Shown here piece by piece: positions 30,067 through 39,470 of a stretch of 64,000 nt of DNA. Numbering within the stretch: position 1 is the first letter of the stretch; every line of letters begins with the position of its first letter. The position numbers were made by a program, and so were the translations under genes. The notes beneath the pieces are model-generated. The model saw only the letters and a list, made by a program, of their open reading frames with translations. It searched no databases and had not been told where the DNA came from. This stretch comes from Nitrospinaceae bacterium (GTDB lineage: Bacteria; Nitrospinota; Nitrospinia; Nitrospinales; Nitrospinaceae): the NCBI GenBank assembly GCA_965223665.1, contig OZ245011.1, positions 32,001-96,000 of the forward strand, read 5' to 3'.

Positions 30067-31008
30067 CTATTTGTCTCCAAAAAGTCCCCCTAAAGCATCC
30101 CCTATTTGCTCTGCTCCATCTTCAAGCGCTTCTTTTCCACTACTTACAACGCTTTTAGTTTCCTCGACACTTTTCTCCATGGCTTCTTTCCCAGCTTCCA
30201 CTTGAGAGGTTGCATCATTTACAGCTCCATCAACATCACTTTGACCACCCTTTAGGATATCTCCAACTTTGCCAACCCCTTCCTGAATAGCGTCTTTTGC
30301 GCCACCGACAACGTCAGCTACAGCTTCGCCAACTTTATCAAGGCCTAATGGCGCAACGGCTTTCATGACTGAAGATTTAATAGAGCTAACAATTTGTTTT
30401 GCAACTTCACCAGGTGAGGCACCCTTTTTTTCTTTTCCAATATCTTTTAAATGGATATCTGGTAAAGGAACGGTCATAGATTTACCCTGAAGAAGCGCGG
30501 CACTTACATTGACTTTCCCATCTTTTAAAACAAAATTTTCAATAATAATTTTCTTTCCTTTTTCGTTTGAACTCGAAGGCTCTGAACTTCCGCCTCCAAC
30601 TCCATATTGCGCTAAATAGGCGTCTACATTTTTTTGAATTGCGTCAATATTGCTGTCAGGATCACCGGTCTCGTAAGTAACTTGGGGTGCAATAATGGTA
30701 ATGTCCTTGATTATTACGGGGTCACTCATAATAGAGTCTTTGTCAATTTGTAAACTTATTTCGTTTAATTCTAATAGACTTGGAGTTTTAAAACCGGCAG
30801 GATTCCCTATTTTCAGGCCGTGCATGGAACCTTTACCGGAGGACAAGTCGATTTTTGTTTCATTTAAATGCACATCGGCTTTTAAAACTTCCGATCCCTT
30901 TGAGTTGACTGCTTTGGTAATGAGACTGTCCAGGTTCTGAAAAACAAAAAACATCAGGCCAACAACAATCAAAATTATTAAAACTAATCCTATAAGTAGC
31001 TTTTTCAT
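30067..31008 (-). CDS. AsmA/DUF748-like N-anchored protein with low-complexity C-terminal tail
   Basis: N-terminal TM, GLKIGNPAGF, IIENFVLKDGKV and LPDIHLKDIG; Gly/Ala/Asp/Lys-rich tail. Confidence 0.7.
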   Translation of the reverse strand: MKKLLIGLVLIILIVVGLMFFVFQNLDSLITKAVNSKGSEVLKADVHLNETKIDLSSGKGSMHGLKIGNPAGFKTPSLLELNEISLQIDKDSIMSDPVIIKDITIIAPQVTYETGDPDSNIDAIQKNVDAYLAQYGVGGGSSEPSSSNEKGKKIIIENFVLKDGKVNVSAALLQGKSMTVPLPDIHLKDIGKEKKGASPGEVAKQIVSSIKSSVMKAVAPLGLDKVGEAVADVVGGAKDAIQEGVGKVGDILKGGQSDVDGAVNDATSQVEAGKEAMEKSVEETKSVVSSGKEALEDGAEQIGDALGGLFGDK

Positions 31009-31085
31009 GAACGTCCCTCCTAATTTGGGATCTTAAAATTTATTGGGATATATTTATAATGCCCAGCAAGTTTAAAAGGGAAACT

Positions 31086-31751
31086 TTAAAGTTGCTCAGC
31101 TTTTGGATAAACTTGGCCGGCTTCAAGGATAACCCATTTCTCTGAAGTATCCCCAATGACAAGGTCTAGATTATCATATAAATGGACTAAATCTAGAATT
31201 TCTGTAGGAAGATTTAAACGGACCGGATCTTCGTTATTATGCCCCTTTAAGTAAATATATTTATTGTCAATTTTAATTACTGAAAACATATCACTAAGGG
31301 TATCTATTATTTGGGGTGGATCATCAAGAGTTTTCAGAGTTTCTTCATCTAGAAAATGGCTTAACTTAAGACAGCGCTCCTGCGATTTTGTTAGATTATT
31401 TACCAAGGATTGATAATCAATTTCATCTAATCCGTGGGGAACACCTCTTTTCTTTAGCCAACGGAAAAATAAAAATATATCAAACAGAACTGAATTCGTT
31501 TCTTCTTTTGTTGTGATCGAATTGAAGGGTAAAAAGCCAACTACAAATCGACTTATATGACAGGGCTTTATGTCAGTAGCAAGGCTAACTAACCTGCGTT
31601 CACCCGTTTCTTCGGCATATTCCAAGCCAGCTTCGATTAAGCACGATTGTAAAAGTGCCAGACTTTTCCCTAATTCAGGGCAAGGTAATTCAAACTCTGG
31701 TGGCAAGGCGGTTTCTTGCGCATAATCTGACATTAAGGTGTAAAGATGCAT
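31086..31751 (-). CDS. Hypothetical protein (helical N-domain plus beta-rich C-domain); start likely 31751 or 31733
   Basis: ATG lies 2 nt after the upstream stop; the ORF-track start at 31787 overlaps the upstream gene. Confidence 0.7.
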   Translation of the reverse strand: MHLYTLMSDYAQETALPPEFELPCPELGKSLALLQSCLIEAGLEYAEETGERRLVSLATDIKPCHISRFVVGFLPFNSITTKEETNSVLFDIFLFFRWLKKRGVPHGLDEIDYQSLVNNLTKSQERCLKLSHFLDEETLKTLDDPPQIIDTLSDMFSVIKIDNKYIYLKGHNNEDPVRLNLPTEILDLVHLYDNLDLVIGDTSEKWVILEAGQVYPKAEQL

Positions 31752-31753
31752 AG

Positions 31754-32854
31754 TTATGGATTGACCAATTTTTTTGATGCCAAACAATCTTTCAACGCTT
31801 CTAAAAAATTTTGGAACTCTTCTTTTTGGATATCTCCTATGTTTGCGACTCTGAATATTTGTTCACTCAGACCACCTTGCCCCGCATAAATGACAAATCC
31901 TCTTTGTCGAAGTCCATCATGTAATTCCTCATAATTGATGTCCTTTGGTAATTTTAATGAGGTTAGCACATTGGATAAAAGAGATTCTGGTACAAAAAAT
32001 TCTAAATCAAGATCCTGAAAACCTTTTCTAAGAAAGCTGGCTACGTTGGCATATCTTTTAATTCTTGCCTCCACCGTTTCCTGAAGCAGTTCTTCCAAAG
32101 CAGCTTCAAAGGAATAGTGCATTTGAACTGCTGGAGTAAATAAAGGAATGCCCTTTTCCTGAGACTTGTAATTTTTAAATAAATCAAAATATATAGATCT
32201 GGACGTTATCTTTTCAAGGCGATTCCACTCTGTATTTCTTACTAAAACAAATGATACTCCCGGAAGGCCCTGGATACATTTGTTGGCCGTGCCAATTCCA
32301 AAGTCGATTTGGGAATTATTAAAGTCAACGGGATCACCTGCTAAACTGCTGATGGCATCCACTAATAATTTTTTACCGTATTTTTTTGCTAAGGTTCCAA
32401 CCTCATTTAGCGGATTGAGTAATCCAGTAGTGGTTTCGTGGTGAACCATAGCAACCACCTCAATTTCAGGCTTTGACTTTAAGACGTTTTCTATTTCTCC
32501 CAAATCTGGAGGTGTTCCCCAAGGGGTATCCACGATGAATTTAGATAATTTATAAGCGTCTGCCATTTTAGCAATTCTTTCACCATAAATACCATTACGT
32601 ATGACTAAAATGGACTTCCCGTCACTTAAACAGGAGGAAACTCCCATTTCTAAAGCGGAAGTTCCAGATCCGGAAATTAATACCGCTGAGTAATCATCCT
32701 CAATTTGGAAAGCAGTAACAATTTTTTCTCGAATGGACTGTAAGAGCTCGGTCATTTCATGCTCCCGGTGGCACATGTCCCCTCGAAGCATGGCATCTCG
32801 AACTTTGTCGGTGACATTTACAGGACCTGGGTTAAGTAGAACTAATCTTTTCAT
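31754..32854 (-). CDS. Class V PLP aminotransferase, 2-aminoethylphosphonate aminotransferase (PhnW/AepZ)-like
   Basis: LLNPGP, DMCHRE, VHHETTTG, DAISS, ANKCIQGLPG, FTP and GFVIYAGQ motifs. Confidence 0.8.
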   Translation of the reverse strand: MKRLVLLNPGPVNVTDKVRDAMLRGDMCHREHEMTELLQSIREKIVTAFQIEDDYSAVLISGSGTSALEMGVSSCLSDGKSILVIRNGIYGERIAKMADAYKLSKFIVDTPWGTPPDLGEIENVLKSKPEIEVVAMVHHETTTGLLNPLNEVGTLAKKYGKKLLVDAISSLAGDPVDFNNSQIDFGIGTANKCIQGLPGVSFVLVRNTEWNRLEKITSRSIYFDLFKNYKSQEKGIPLFTPAVQMHYSFEAALEELLQETVEARIKRYANVASFLRKGFQDLDLEFFVPESLLSNVLTSLKLPKDINYEELHDGLRQRGFVIYAGQGGLSEQIFRVANIGDIQKEEFQNFLEALKDCLASKKLVNP

Positions 32855-32940
32855 AATTTTCCTTTGTTAACCTAAACTTGTGTAAAAGTATACCATCATA
32901 TATTCTTAGTAATTGAAAACAAATTTTTAGAGAAATACTT

Positions 32941-33702
32941 ATGTTTAACTTGAAAACTCTTATTTTAAGCTTTGTTATTTTGATATCAGGGTGGGAATTT
33001 TCCTGGGCTCTTGGTGATGAATCAAAGTTTATCATTCCCCAAATTAAATATAAAGGTGGAAGTTTTAAACCGCGTCCTTCAGGTATCGAAAGTTTAATGG
33101 CCCAATTAGCAAATAGAACTTCGGTAGAGGTTAAACGGGCTTCCTTGAATGTGAACTTGGTTGACCCTAAGCTTTTTCAATATCCCTTTATTTATTTGGG
33201 TGGTGACGAACCGTTTGAGCCATTTCCTCAAAAGGAAATTAATATTCTCAGAAATTATCTTAACTATGGTGGATTTTTATTAATTGATGATAACTCTGCA
33301 AGAGCCAATTCAGGTTTTGATACCTCCGCTCGCCGCTTAGTGAAAAGGTTGTTTGTTAATACTCCCCTTCAAAGGATTTCTAGAGACCATTCTATTTTTC
33401 GATCATTTTATCTGTTGAATCGTGTGGTAGGCAGGGCAAAGATAAAGAGTTATTTAGAAGGAATCACAATTAAAGGAAGAACGGTATTGGTTTATAGCTC
33501 TAATGATTTGGCGGGAGCATGGTCAAGAAGTAAGCTTGGTTATTGGGATTTTGAAATGATTGGTGGTGGAAATAGGCAGAGAACATTAAGTATTCGGTTA
33601 GGAATTAATATAGTGATGTATGCGCTGACCTTAGATTATAAAAAGGATATGGTCCATTTGCCAATAATCCTGGAACGGTTGCGGAGGTATAGCGCCAGGT
33701 GA
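32941..33702 (+). CDS. DUF4159-domain exported protein
   Basis: Signal peptide; YPFIYLGG, LRNYLNYGGFLLIDD, HSIFRSFY, NDLAGAW and GINIVMYALT motifs. Confidence 0.85.
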   Translation: MFNLKTLILSFVILISGWEFSWALGDESKFIIPQIKYKGGSFKPRPSGIESLMAQLANRTSVEVKRASLNVNLVDPKLFQYPFIYLGGDEPFEPFPQKEINILRNYLNYGGFLLIDDNSARANSGFDTSARRLVKRLFVNTPLQRISRDHSIFRSFYLLNRVVGRAKIKSYLEGITIKGRTVLVYSSNDLAGAWSRSKLGYWDFEMIGGGNRQRTLSIRLGINIVMYALTLDYKKDMVHLPIILERLRRYSAR

Positions 33703-36002
33703 ATTTTCTCGGGAAGTTATTTGGTTTTGATAGTGAGCAATTTAATGCTTGGGAGATACATTGGGCTCTTCAGAACAATGTGTTAATCCAGTTTGTTTTA
33801 GCAATAATGCTGTTGCTCACATTATGGTTTTTTTGGACTAGCCTTTCACGAATTCGTGCTTTTGGGAAACGAATTTTACTTTTCTTTTTACGGGTTGTCG
33901 TATTAGGTATTGTTCTTCTATTGATTTTCCAGCCTCAATTAGAATTAAAAAAGATTCAGTCGCTCAAAAATAACATTGCTGTATTATTGGACGATAGTAA
34001 AAGTATGTCCATCCAAACCTTTCCCGACGAAAAGCCACGGATTGAACTAGTAAAGAATGCTTTGTTGAACCAAAAGGTGTTTTTTGAAAAACTCAAGCAA
34101 GATTATGAATTAAAATATTTTTTGATTTCCGACCAAATAAAATCGATTTCCGAACCAGAAATTGGAAAACATTATGAACCAAAGGCCTTAAATACTGACT
34201 TTGAAAAAGTAATTCAAGAATTAGCTAAGGAATATAAGGATAAGTCACTGCAAGGAGTCTTGTTGTTTTCTGACGGCGCAGATTTAAGCCAAAATGCTTC
34301 AAGCATTTCTGCTGAAATGACGGATCAATTATCAAAATTTTCTGGTCCTATTCATACCATTCAAGCTGGGAGTAATGATGAATTTAAAGATTTAGCTATT
34401 GAGCAGGTTATTGTTAATGATTTTGGTTTCATTAATCAACCCGTTTCCGTATCTGTAGTTATTCGAGCTACTGGGGTCGGTAATAAAAACATACCTTTGG
34501 TATTGCGAGAAGGGGAGAAAATTTTTGTCAGTAAAACCGTGAAAATTAATGAGGATGTAAACCAATATCATGCTGAGTTGCAATTCACTCCAATGGTACA
34601 AGGAAAACATATTTATTCCTTGACGGTTCCGCTGTTTTCAGGTGAGTCAGTTAAAAATAATAATCATTGGGATTTTCAAATAAAGGTGGTCCGCGACCGT
34701 ATTCGAGTTTTGCATTTAAATGGACGGCCTTCCTGGGATGCTCGATTTCTCAGAGAGGCTTTAACGAATAACCCTAAAGTTGATCTCCTTTCATTTTTTA
34801 TTTTGAGAACTCTTACGGATGATGTCCAGGCACCTACAACGGAACTAAGTTTGATTCCATTCCCGTCAAATCTTTTGTTCAGTGATTACTTAAGTTCATT
34901 TGATCTGGTAATTTTTCATAACTTTAAATATAAGCCGTTTTTGGATAAAAAGTATTTAGACAATATTAAAAAATTTGTAGAGGCAGGAGGGGCTTTTTTA
35001 ATGATAGGTGGAGATCTTGCATTTCAAGAAGGTGGATATTCACGAACTTCGGTGGAAGATATTCTTCCTGTAAAGTTTAAAAGAAATGATAAGAGATATC
35101 TTTTTGGAAATTTTGGTTTGCAAGTTTCCAAAAAGTTGTCTCACCATCCCATCTTAAAATTAGAGCCTGATTTTAAATTAAATAATAAAATTTGGAATTC
35201 CATGCCTCCTTTGCAAGGGTTAAATGTAGGCCTTTTGCCTAAAGCGAAATCTCATGTGTTGATTAGCTCTTCTTCGAAAAAAGGTCAAAATCCTATTTTG
35301 GTTTCACACCGAGCTGGAGAAGGAAGAACAATGGTAGTGGCCAATGATACCCTGTGGAATTGGAACTTTCACCGGGTGGGAAAAGGCGGAAGTGGTAGAT
35401 ACTATCAAAAGTTCTGGGAAAATGTGATTGCATGGATGACTGGGGATCCCGAGACACTTCCCATACAAATTGAAACTGATAAAGAAAAATATAGAGAGAA
35501 TGATAAAGTCTTGGTTCAGTATAAGCTTTTTAAAGAAGACTATAACCCGTTACCGGGTGCAAAAGTAGATCTGATATTAGAATCACTTCCCGGGCATAAG
35601 CAGTTAGCCGTCTATCACTTAAAAACGGACGAAAGAGGAGAAGGGCGAAAAGAAATAACACCAGGAAAGGAAGGCTTTTATTCTGTCAGGGTGGTTCTAC
35701 AATCTTCTAATCGGAGTTTGTCTCAAGAAAGCCGATTCAGTATTGAAAGTCCAAAGGTAGAATTTCAAAAACCACTTGTGAACTCATCTTTCCTTAAAGA
35801 ATTATCAAAGAAAACAAAAGGGGTGTACCAAGTATTAAGTCAAAAAACCCATTGGAAAAATCTAACGTTTCCCAACCCTGAAGTGGAGTTCAAATCAAAT
35901 ACAAAATTTCTATCCTTATGGGATAACTGGTGGTCTTACGGTTTTGTTTTGGGGTTACTGGGCCTGGAGTGGTGGATCCGTCGAAAATGGGGACTCAGCT
36001 AA
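33699..36002 (+). CDS. Membrane protein with vWA-like, Ig-like and glutamine-amidotransferase-like (GATase1-like) domains
   Basis: N-terminal TMs; LLDDSKSM and LFSDG (MIDAS-like); RPSWDARFLR; GGAFLMIGG; C-terminal TM followed by EWWIRRKWG; GTGA overlap with the upstream gene. Confidence 0.85.
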   Translation: MNFLGKLFGFDSEQFNAWEIHWALQNNVLIQFVLAIMLLLTLWFFWTSLSRIRAFGKRILLFFLRVVVLGIVLLLIFQPQLELKKIQSLKNNIAVLLDDSKSMSIQTFPDEKPRIELVKNALLNQKVFFEKLKQDYELKYFLISDQIKSISEPEIGKHYEPKALNTDFEKVIQELAKEYKDKSLQGVLLFSDGADLSQNASSISAEMTDQLSKFSGPIHTIQAGSNDEFKDLAIEQVIVNDFGFINQPVSVSVVIRATGVGNKNIPLVLREGEKIFVSKTVKINEDVNQYHAELQFTPMVQGKHIYSLTVPLFSGESVKNNNHWDFQIKVVRDRIRVLHLNGRPSWDARFLREALTNNPKVDLLSFFILRTLTDDVQAPTTELSLIPFPSNLLFSDYLSSFDLVIFHNFKYKPFLDKKYLDNIKKFVEAGGAFLMIGGDLAFQEGGYSRTSVEDILPVKFKRNDKRYLFGNFGLQVSKKLSHHPILKLEPDFKLNNKIWNSMPPLQGLNVGLLPKAKSHVLISSSSKKGQNPILVSHRAGEGRTMVVANDTLWNWNFHRVGKGGSGRYYQKFWENVIAWMTGDPETLPIQIETDKEKYRENDKVLVQYKLFKEDYNPLPGAKVDLILESLPGHKQLAVYHLKTDERGEGRKEITPGKEGFYSVRVVLQSSNRSLSQESRFSIESPKVEFQKPLVNSSFLKELSKKTKGVYQVLSQKTHWKNLTFPNPEVEFKSNTKFLSLWDNWWSYGFVLGLLGLEWWIRRKWGLS

Positions 36003-36120
36003 AAGGGAAAGGTATTAGAAGTGTTAAAGGGGTTTTCTTGTTTAAATGACTCCTTTCCTGTAATATCAAAAATAACAGGGCTTTGGGGGTAAAGTCCGAA
36101 GAGAAAAACCAAGAGGATAA

Positions 36121-37455
36121 ATGGAAAAAACAACGCCAAGTGGTCCAACTTTAAGAACCTGGATTCGAGACAGAATATTATTTTTAGCAGTATTAATTTT
36201 TGTAGTAGGAGCTGCACTCTATATTGGCTCCGTAAAAATTTTTTCCCCCGAAAGTATTTGGTTGCATCCAGTAAAAGAGTTTTCTCTCTTAATTGCTATG
36301 ATTGGTGTGGTTTCTTTAGGTTACGAACTGTTCCTCCGCGAATTGACCTTTAATGAATATAAGGAGGCTTTGCAAGAGATTGTAAATCCCCATGCGGTTC
36401 GATTAGGTATTCAGGCCATATATAAAAATCGAGCGGAGTTGGGGCAAGCACACAGCTTTGATAAACTGTTTAAAAATGTGAAGCATGAAATTTTTATAGG
36501 GGGAACCTCGCTGCTTTCCATTTCCACGGGAAGTCGGGACTTACTTCGAGAAAAAGTGTTGAATGGCATAACGGTAAAACTTCTAATCATGGACCCGGAT
36601 TCTGAAGTGACTCAATTAATAATTCAACAAGGAGGGGGAAAGCCGACATTTATAAATGAAATTAAAACATCGATTTTGCTTTTGCAAAAGCTGCAAGAAG
36701 AAATTGAAGATTTCAGTAGTACAAATAAAGGAAAATTTCTGATCCATACTTATAAATCTATTCCTTCTCATTCCTTCATTTCTATGGACGTAATGGAGCC
36801 CGGCGGACTCATTATTGCTGATATAGGTCCTTATTTAGGCAGGAACCATCAACGTCCCAGTATGATGGTTGCTAATAAAAAGCATGGACTTTATGACCAT
36901 TATCGAGAGTTAAATGAAATGATGTGGCAGGAAAGTAAGCCCTTACCAGTGGAAACCCAAAAAATTGTGGGGCCAAAAACTAAAACACAAGTTTTTGTGA
37001 GTGGCCCGGAAACGGAATTTTTTGATAGGGAAAATGAATCTTGGGCAGCAGCTTCCATTTGCCAATTAAATGATGAGTGGAAAGGAATAAAAGGAAGCCA
37101 GTGGGTTTGGATCCGAGATCAAATTACATTAGAAGAAGCTAAAACGGGAAGTCAGCATAAATTTCGTCTTAGCTTTAATATTGAAAATGGCCGTGCCAAT
37201 TCAGTTACGCGGGCAGAATTGTTTGTGCGCAGTGATGACACATGCCATATTACAGTTAATGATGTCAGCTTAAACCAAGATTACGGTGGAGCTGACTACC
37301 CTGAACCGTTTATTATTGACTTTGATCAATATATAAAAGAGGGTCTTAATACCGTCACGTTTGAAGTAATCAACTATGCAATGCCTCAAGTCGAATCTCC
37401 TGAAGAAAATCCCAGCGGTCTGATTTATCGTCTTCACCTTGAAATGCAAGAATAG
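36121..37455 (+). CDS. Hypothetical 2-TM protein with DUF5919/PLD-like middle domain and lectin-like beta-sandwich C-terminus
   Basis: Good RBS (GAGGA); two hydrophobic helices; IFIGGTSL...VKLLIMDPDS; WVW...SDD...VND...GLNTVTFEVIN...NPSGLIY. Confidence 0.7.
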   Translation: MEKTTPSGPTLRTWIRDRILFLAVLIFVVGAALYIGSVKIFSPESIWLHPVKEFSLLIAMIGVVSLGYELFLRELTFNEYKEALQEIVNPHAVRLGIQAIYKNRAELGQAHSFDKLFKNVKHEIFIGGTSLLSISTGSRDLLREKVLNGITVKLLIMDPDSEVTQLIIQQGGGKPTFINEIKTSILLLQKLQEEIEDFSSTNKGKFLIHTYKSIPSHSFISMDVMEPGGLIIADIGPYLGRNHQRPSMMVANKKHGLYDHYRELNEMMWQESKPLPVETQKIVGPKTKTQVFVSGPETEFFDRENESWAAASICQLNDEWKGIKGSQWVWIRDQITLEEAKTGSQHKFRLSFNIENGRANSVTRAELFVRSDDTCHITVNDVSLNQDYGGADYPEPFIIDFDQYIKEGLNTVTFEVINYAMPQVESPEENPSGLIYRLHLEMQE

Positions 37456-37480
37456 TATCTTAATTTAGTAAGGATACTTT
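37454..37480 (+). terminator. Possible weak terminator hairpin after the 444-aa gene
   Basis: AGTATC(TTA)...(TAAG)GATACT stem with only a short T-run. Confidence 0.3.
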
Positions 37481-37700
37481 GAAATCAATTCGATGCTTAT
37501 TATAACTAAAACCCTAGAATCTGATATCCGACTTCGGGTTGAATTAAAAGGTGTTAGCATTGATAGAGTTTAATCTACTTTAAAGAATATCCTCTTCCTC
37601 ATCTCCAACCGTCTATTATGTTTTAAGGCCTTTAATTCGAATGGGTTATGGCCGTTTTAGTTGTTGTTTCTCGTTAAATTTGGTTCCATTAAATCAATAA

Positions 37701-37729
37701 TTGACAGGGTCTGGTAGGCCTAATATAAT
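37701..37729 (+). promoter_or_regulatory. Consensus sigma70 promoter of the nuo operon
   Basis: TTGACA-N17-TATAAT, exact consensus. Confidence 0.85.
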
Positions 37730-38002
37730 CCCCATTTCCAAAGCTTTTGTTGATAGCAAAGGCTAAGTGATAGAATGTTTTAGCTGGGCATATAATAAGC
37801 TGAAAATTATTATTGCCAGAGAAATTTTACTCAAGAATACTCATGGTAGTTTTTTGAGGATCTGATAATAATTAATTAATTTTAAAGCCCTTATTAGATA
37901 GAACCGTTTGAGTTTTGTAAATCTGTCCACTGTATCTACAGAACTTTTTTTGTGTAAACCCATTGCTGGCTGAATTGTCTGCATTTTGTTAGGACCTGCT
38001 CT

Positions 38003-38356
38003 GTGACTGAGTATTTATTTATACTTGTATTTGCTGGTGTAGCTTTAGCAGTGGTCATTGGAATCCTGGTATTATCCACCCTTTTAGGACCTAGACGATC
38101 TACCACTGAAAAAGAACTTCCTTATGAATGCGGTATGTTACCTTCCGAAGAGGCCAAAGGACGATTCCCTGTCCGATTTGCAACTATTGCAATGCTATTC
38201 ATTATCTTTGATATTGAAGTTGTGTTTATGTATCCCTGGGCAGTGGCGTTGGATGAACTCAAACTATTTGGATTAATTGAAATGGCGGTCTTCATCGTCA
38301 TCCTTGGAATCGCATATGTCTACATATGGGGACGTGGAGGATTAGAATGGGATTGA
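38003..38356 (+). CDS. nuoA: NADH-quinone oxidoreductase subunit A (GTG start)
   Basis: [20 protein letters not shown] and GGLEWD motifs. Confidence 0.97.
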   Translation: MTEYLFILVFAGVALAVVIGILVLSTLLGPRRSTTEKELPYECGMLPSEEAKGRFPVRFATIAMLFIIFDIEVVFMYPWAVALDELKLFGLIEMAVFIVILGIAYVYIWGRGGLEWD

Positions 38357-38931
38357 TGGACCAAGCGGTCGATTTATTTGAGACCGAAATAAGTAATTTA
38401 AAACTAAATGCAAAAGATGCTCTGGATCAATTTGGTTACGAATTTTCAGGGGCAGTGTATGACAGTATTTTAACTACGAAAATGGGTAAGGTCATTGGTT
38501 GGGCACAAAAAAATGCGCTTTGGCCTGCGACTTTTGGTTTGGCTTGTTGTGCAATTGAAATGATGGCAATGGCCAATTCCCGGTGGGATGCAGCTCGTTT
38601 TGGAGCGGAGGTTTTTCGTGCTTCTCCGAGGCAAGCAGACTTAATGATTGTATCTGGGCGGGTTTCGCAAAAAATGGCTCCGGTTTTAAAACGCATTTAT
38701 AACCAAATGCCTGAACCTAAGTGGGTTATTGCAATGGGAGCATGTTCCTCATGCGGAGGAATTTTTAATAATTACGCGATTGTTCAAGGAGTGGACCGTG
38801 TAGTTCCGGTGGATGTGTATGTACCCGGTTGTCCTCCAGGACCCGAAGCATTGATCTACGGAGTAATTAAACTCCAAGAAAAAATTATGAAAGAAGCCGG
38901 TACTCCAAAAGCAAGGAAGCGAGTGGCATGA
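38347..38931 (+). CDS. nuoB: NADH-quinone oxidoreductase subunit B (start 38347 or 38356)
   Basis: [19 protein letters not shown] and VYVPGCPP motifs. Confidence 0.97.
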   Translation: MGLMDQAVDLFETEISNLKLNAKDALDQFGYEFSGAVYDSILTTKMGKVIGWAQKNALWPATFGLACCAIEMMAMANSRWDAARFGAEVFRASPRQADLMIVSGRVSQKMAPVLKRIYNQMPEPKWVIAMGACSSCGGIFNNYAIVQGVDRVVPVDVYVPGCPPGPEALIYGVIKLQEKIMKEAGTPKARKRVA

Positions 38932-39458
38932 CCAACGAGGAAATAATTGAAAAAGTTCGCTCGGACTTGGGTGAAGACATTCAGAAAGTAGAAATAACCT
39001 TGGGGGATGTAGTTGTGCATTGCCAACCCTCGTCTCTCCATAAAGTTGCTGAATTTCTAAAGAATGATCCCGACCTACATTTTGATTATTTAAGTGATAT
39101 TTCCGGAGTCGACTATCTGGATCAGGATCGCGAACCACGTTTCGAGGCTGTATATGGTTTGCATTCCTTGGATAAGGGGCATAGTGTGCGAATTCGGGTG
39201 GGATTAGAAGAGGAAGATCCAAAAGTTCCAACTGTATCTGATTTATGGAAAGGGGCTTTGTTTCCAGAGCGTGAGCTTTTTGACATGTTTGGTTTTGAAA
39301 TTGAAGGCCACCCAAACCTGAAGCGTTTAATTATGCCGCCAGATTGGGAAGGACATCCTTTATTAAAAGATTATCCATTGGTGGTTGAGGAGGTGGCTTT
39401 TTCCCATAACCCTGACCATAAAAGTGAATTAGTGAAAGTAAAAGAAGAATTAAAATAG
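38928..39458 (+). CDS. nuoC: NADH-quinone oxidoreductase subunit C
   Basis: [17 protein letters not shown] and GHPLLKDYP motifs. Confidence 0.96.
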   Translation: MTNEEIIEKVRSDLGEDIQKVEITLGDVVVHCQPSSLHKVAEFLKNDPDLHFDYLSDISGVDYLDQDREPRFEAVYGLHSLDKGHSVRIRVGLEEEDPKVPTVSDLWKGALFPERELFDMFGFEIEGHPNLKRLIMPPDWEGHPLLKDYPLVVEEVAFSHNPDHKSELVKVKEELK

Positions 39459-39470
39459 AGTAGCTGAATA

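Noticed and set aside
37785-37801. Sigma54-like GG-N10-GC in the nuo leader
   Set aside because: Poor match to TGGCAC-N5-TTGC, and a perfect sigma70 promoter already explains transcription
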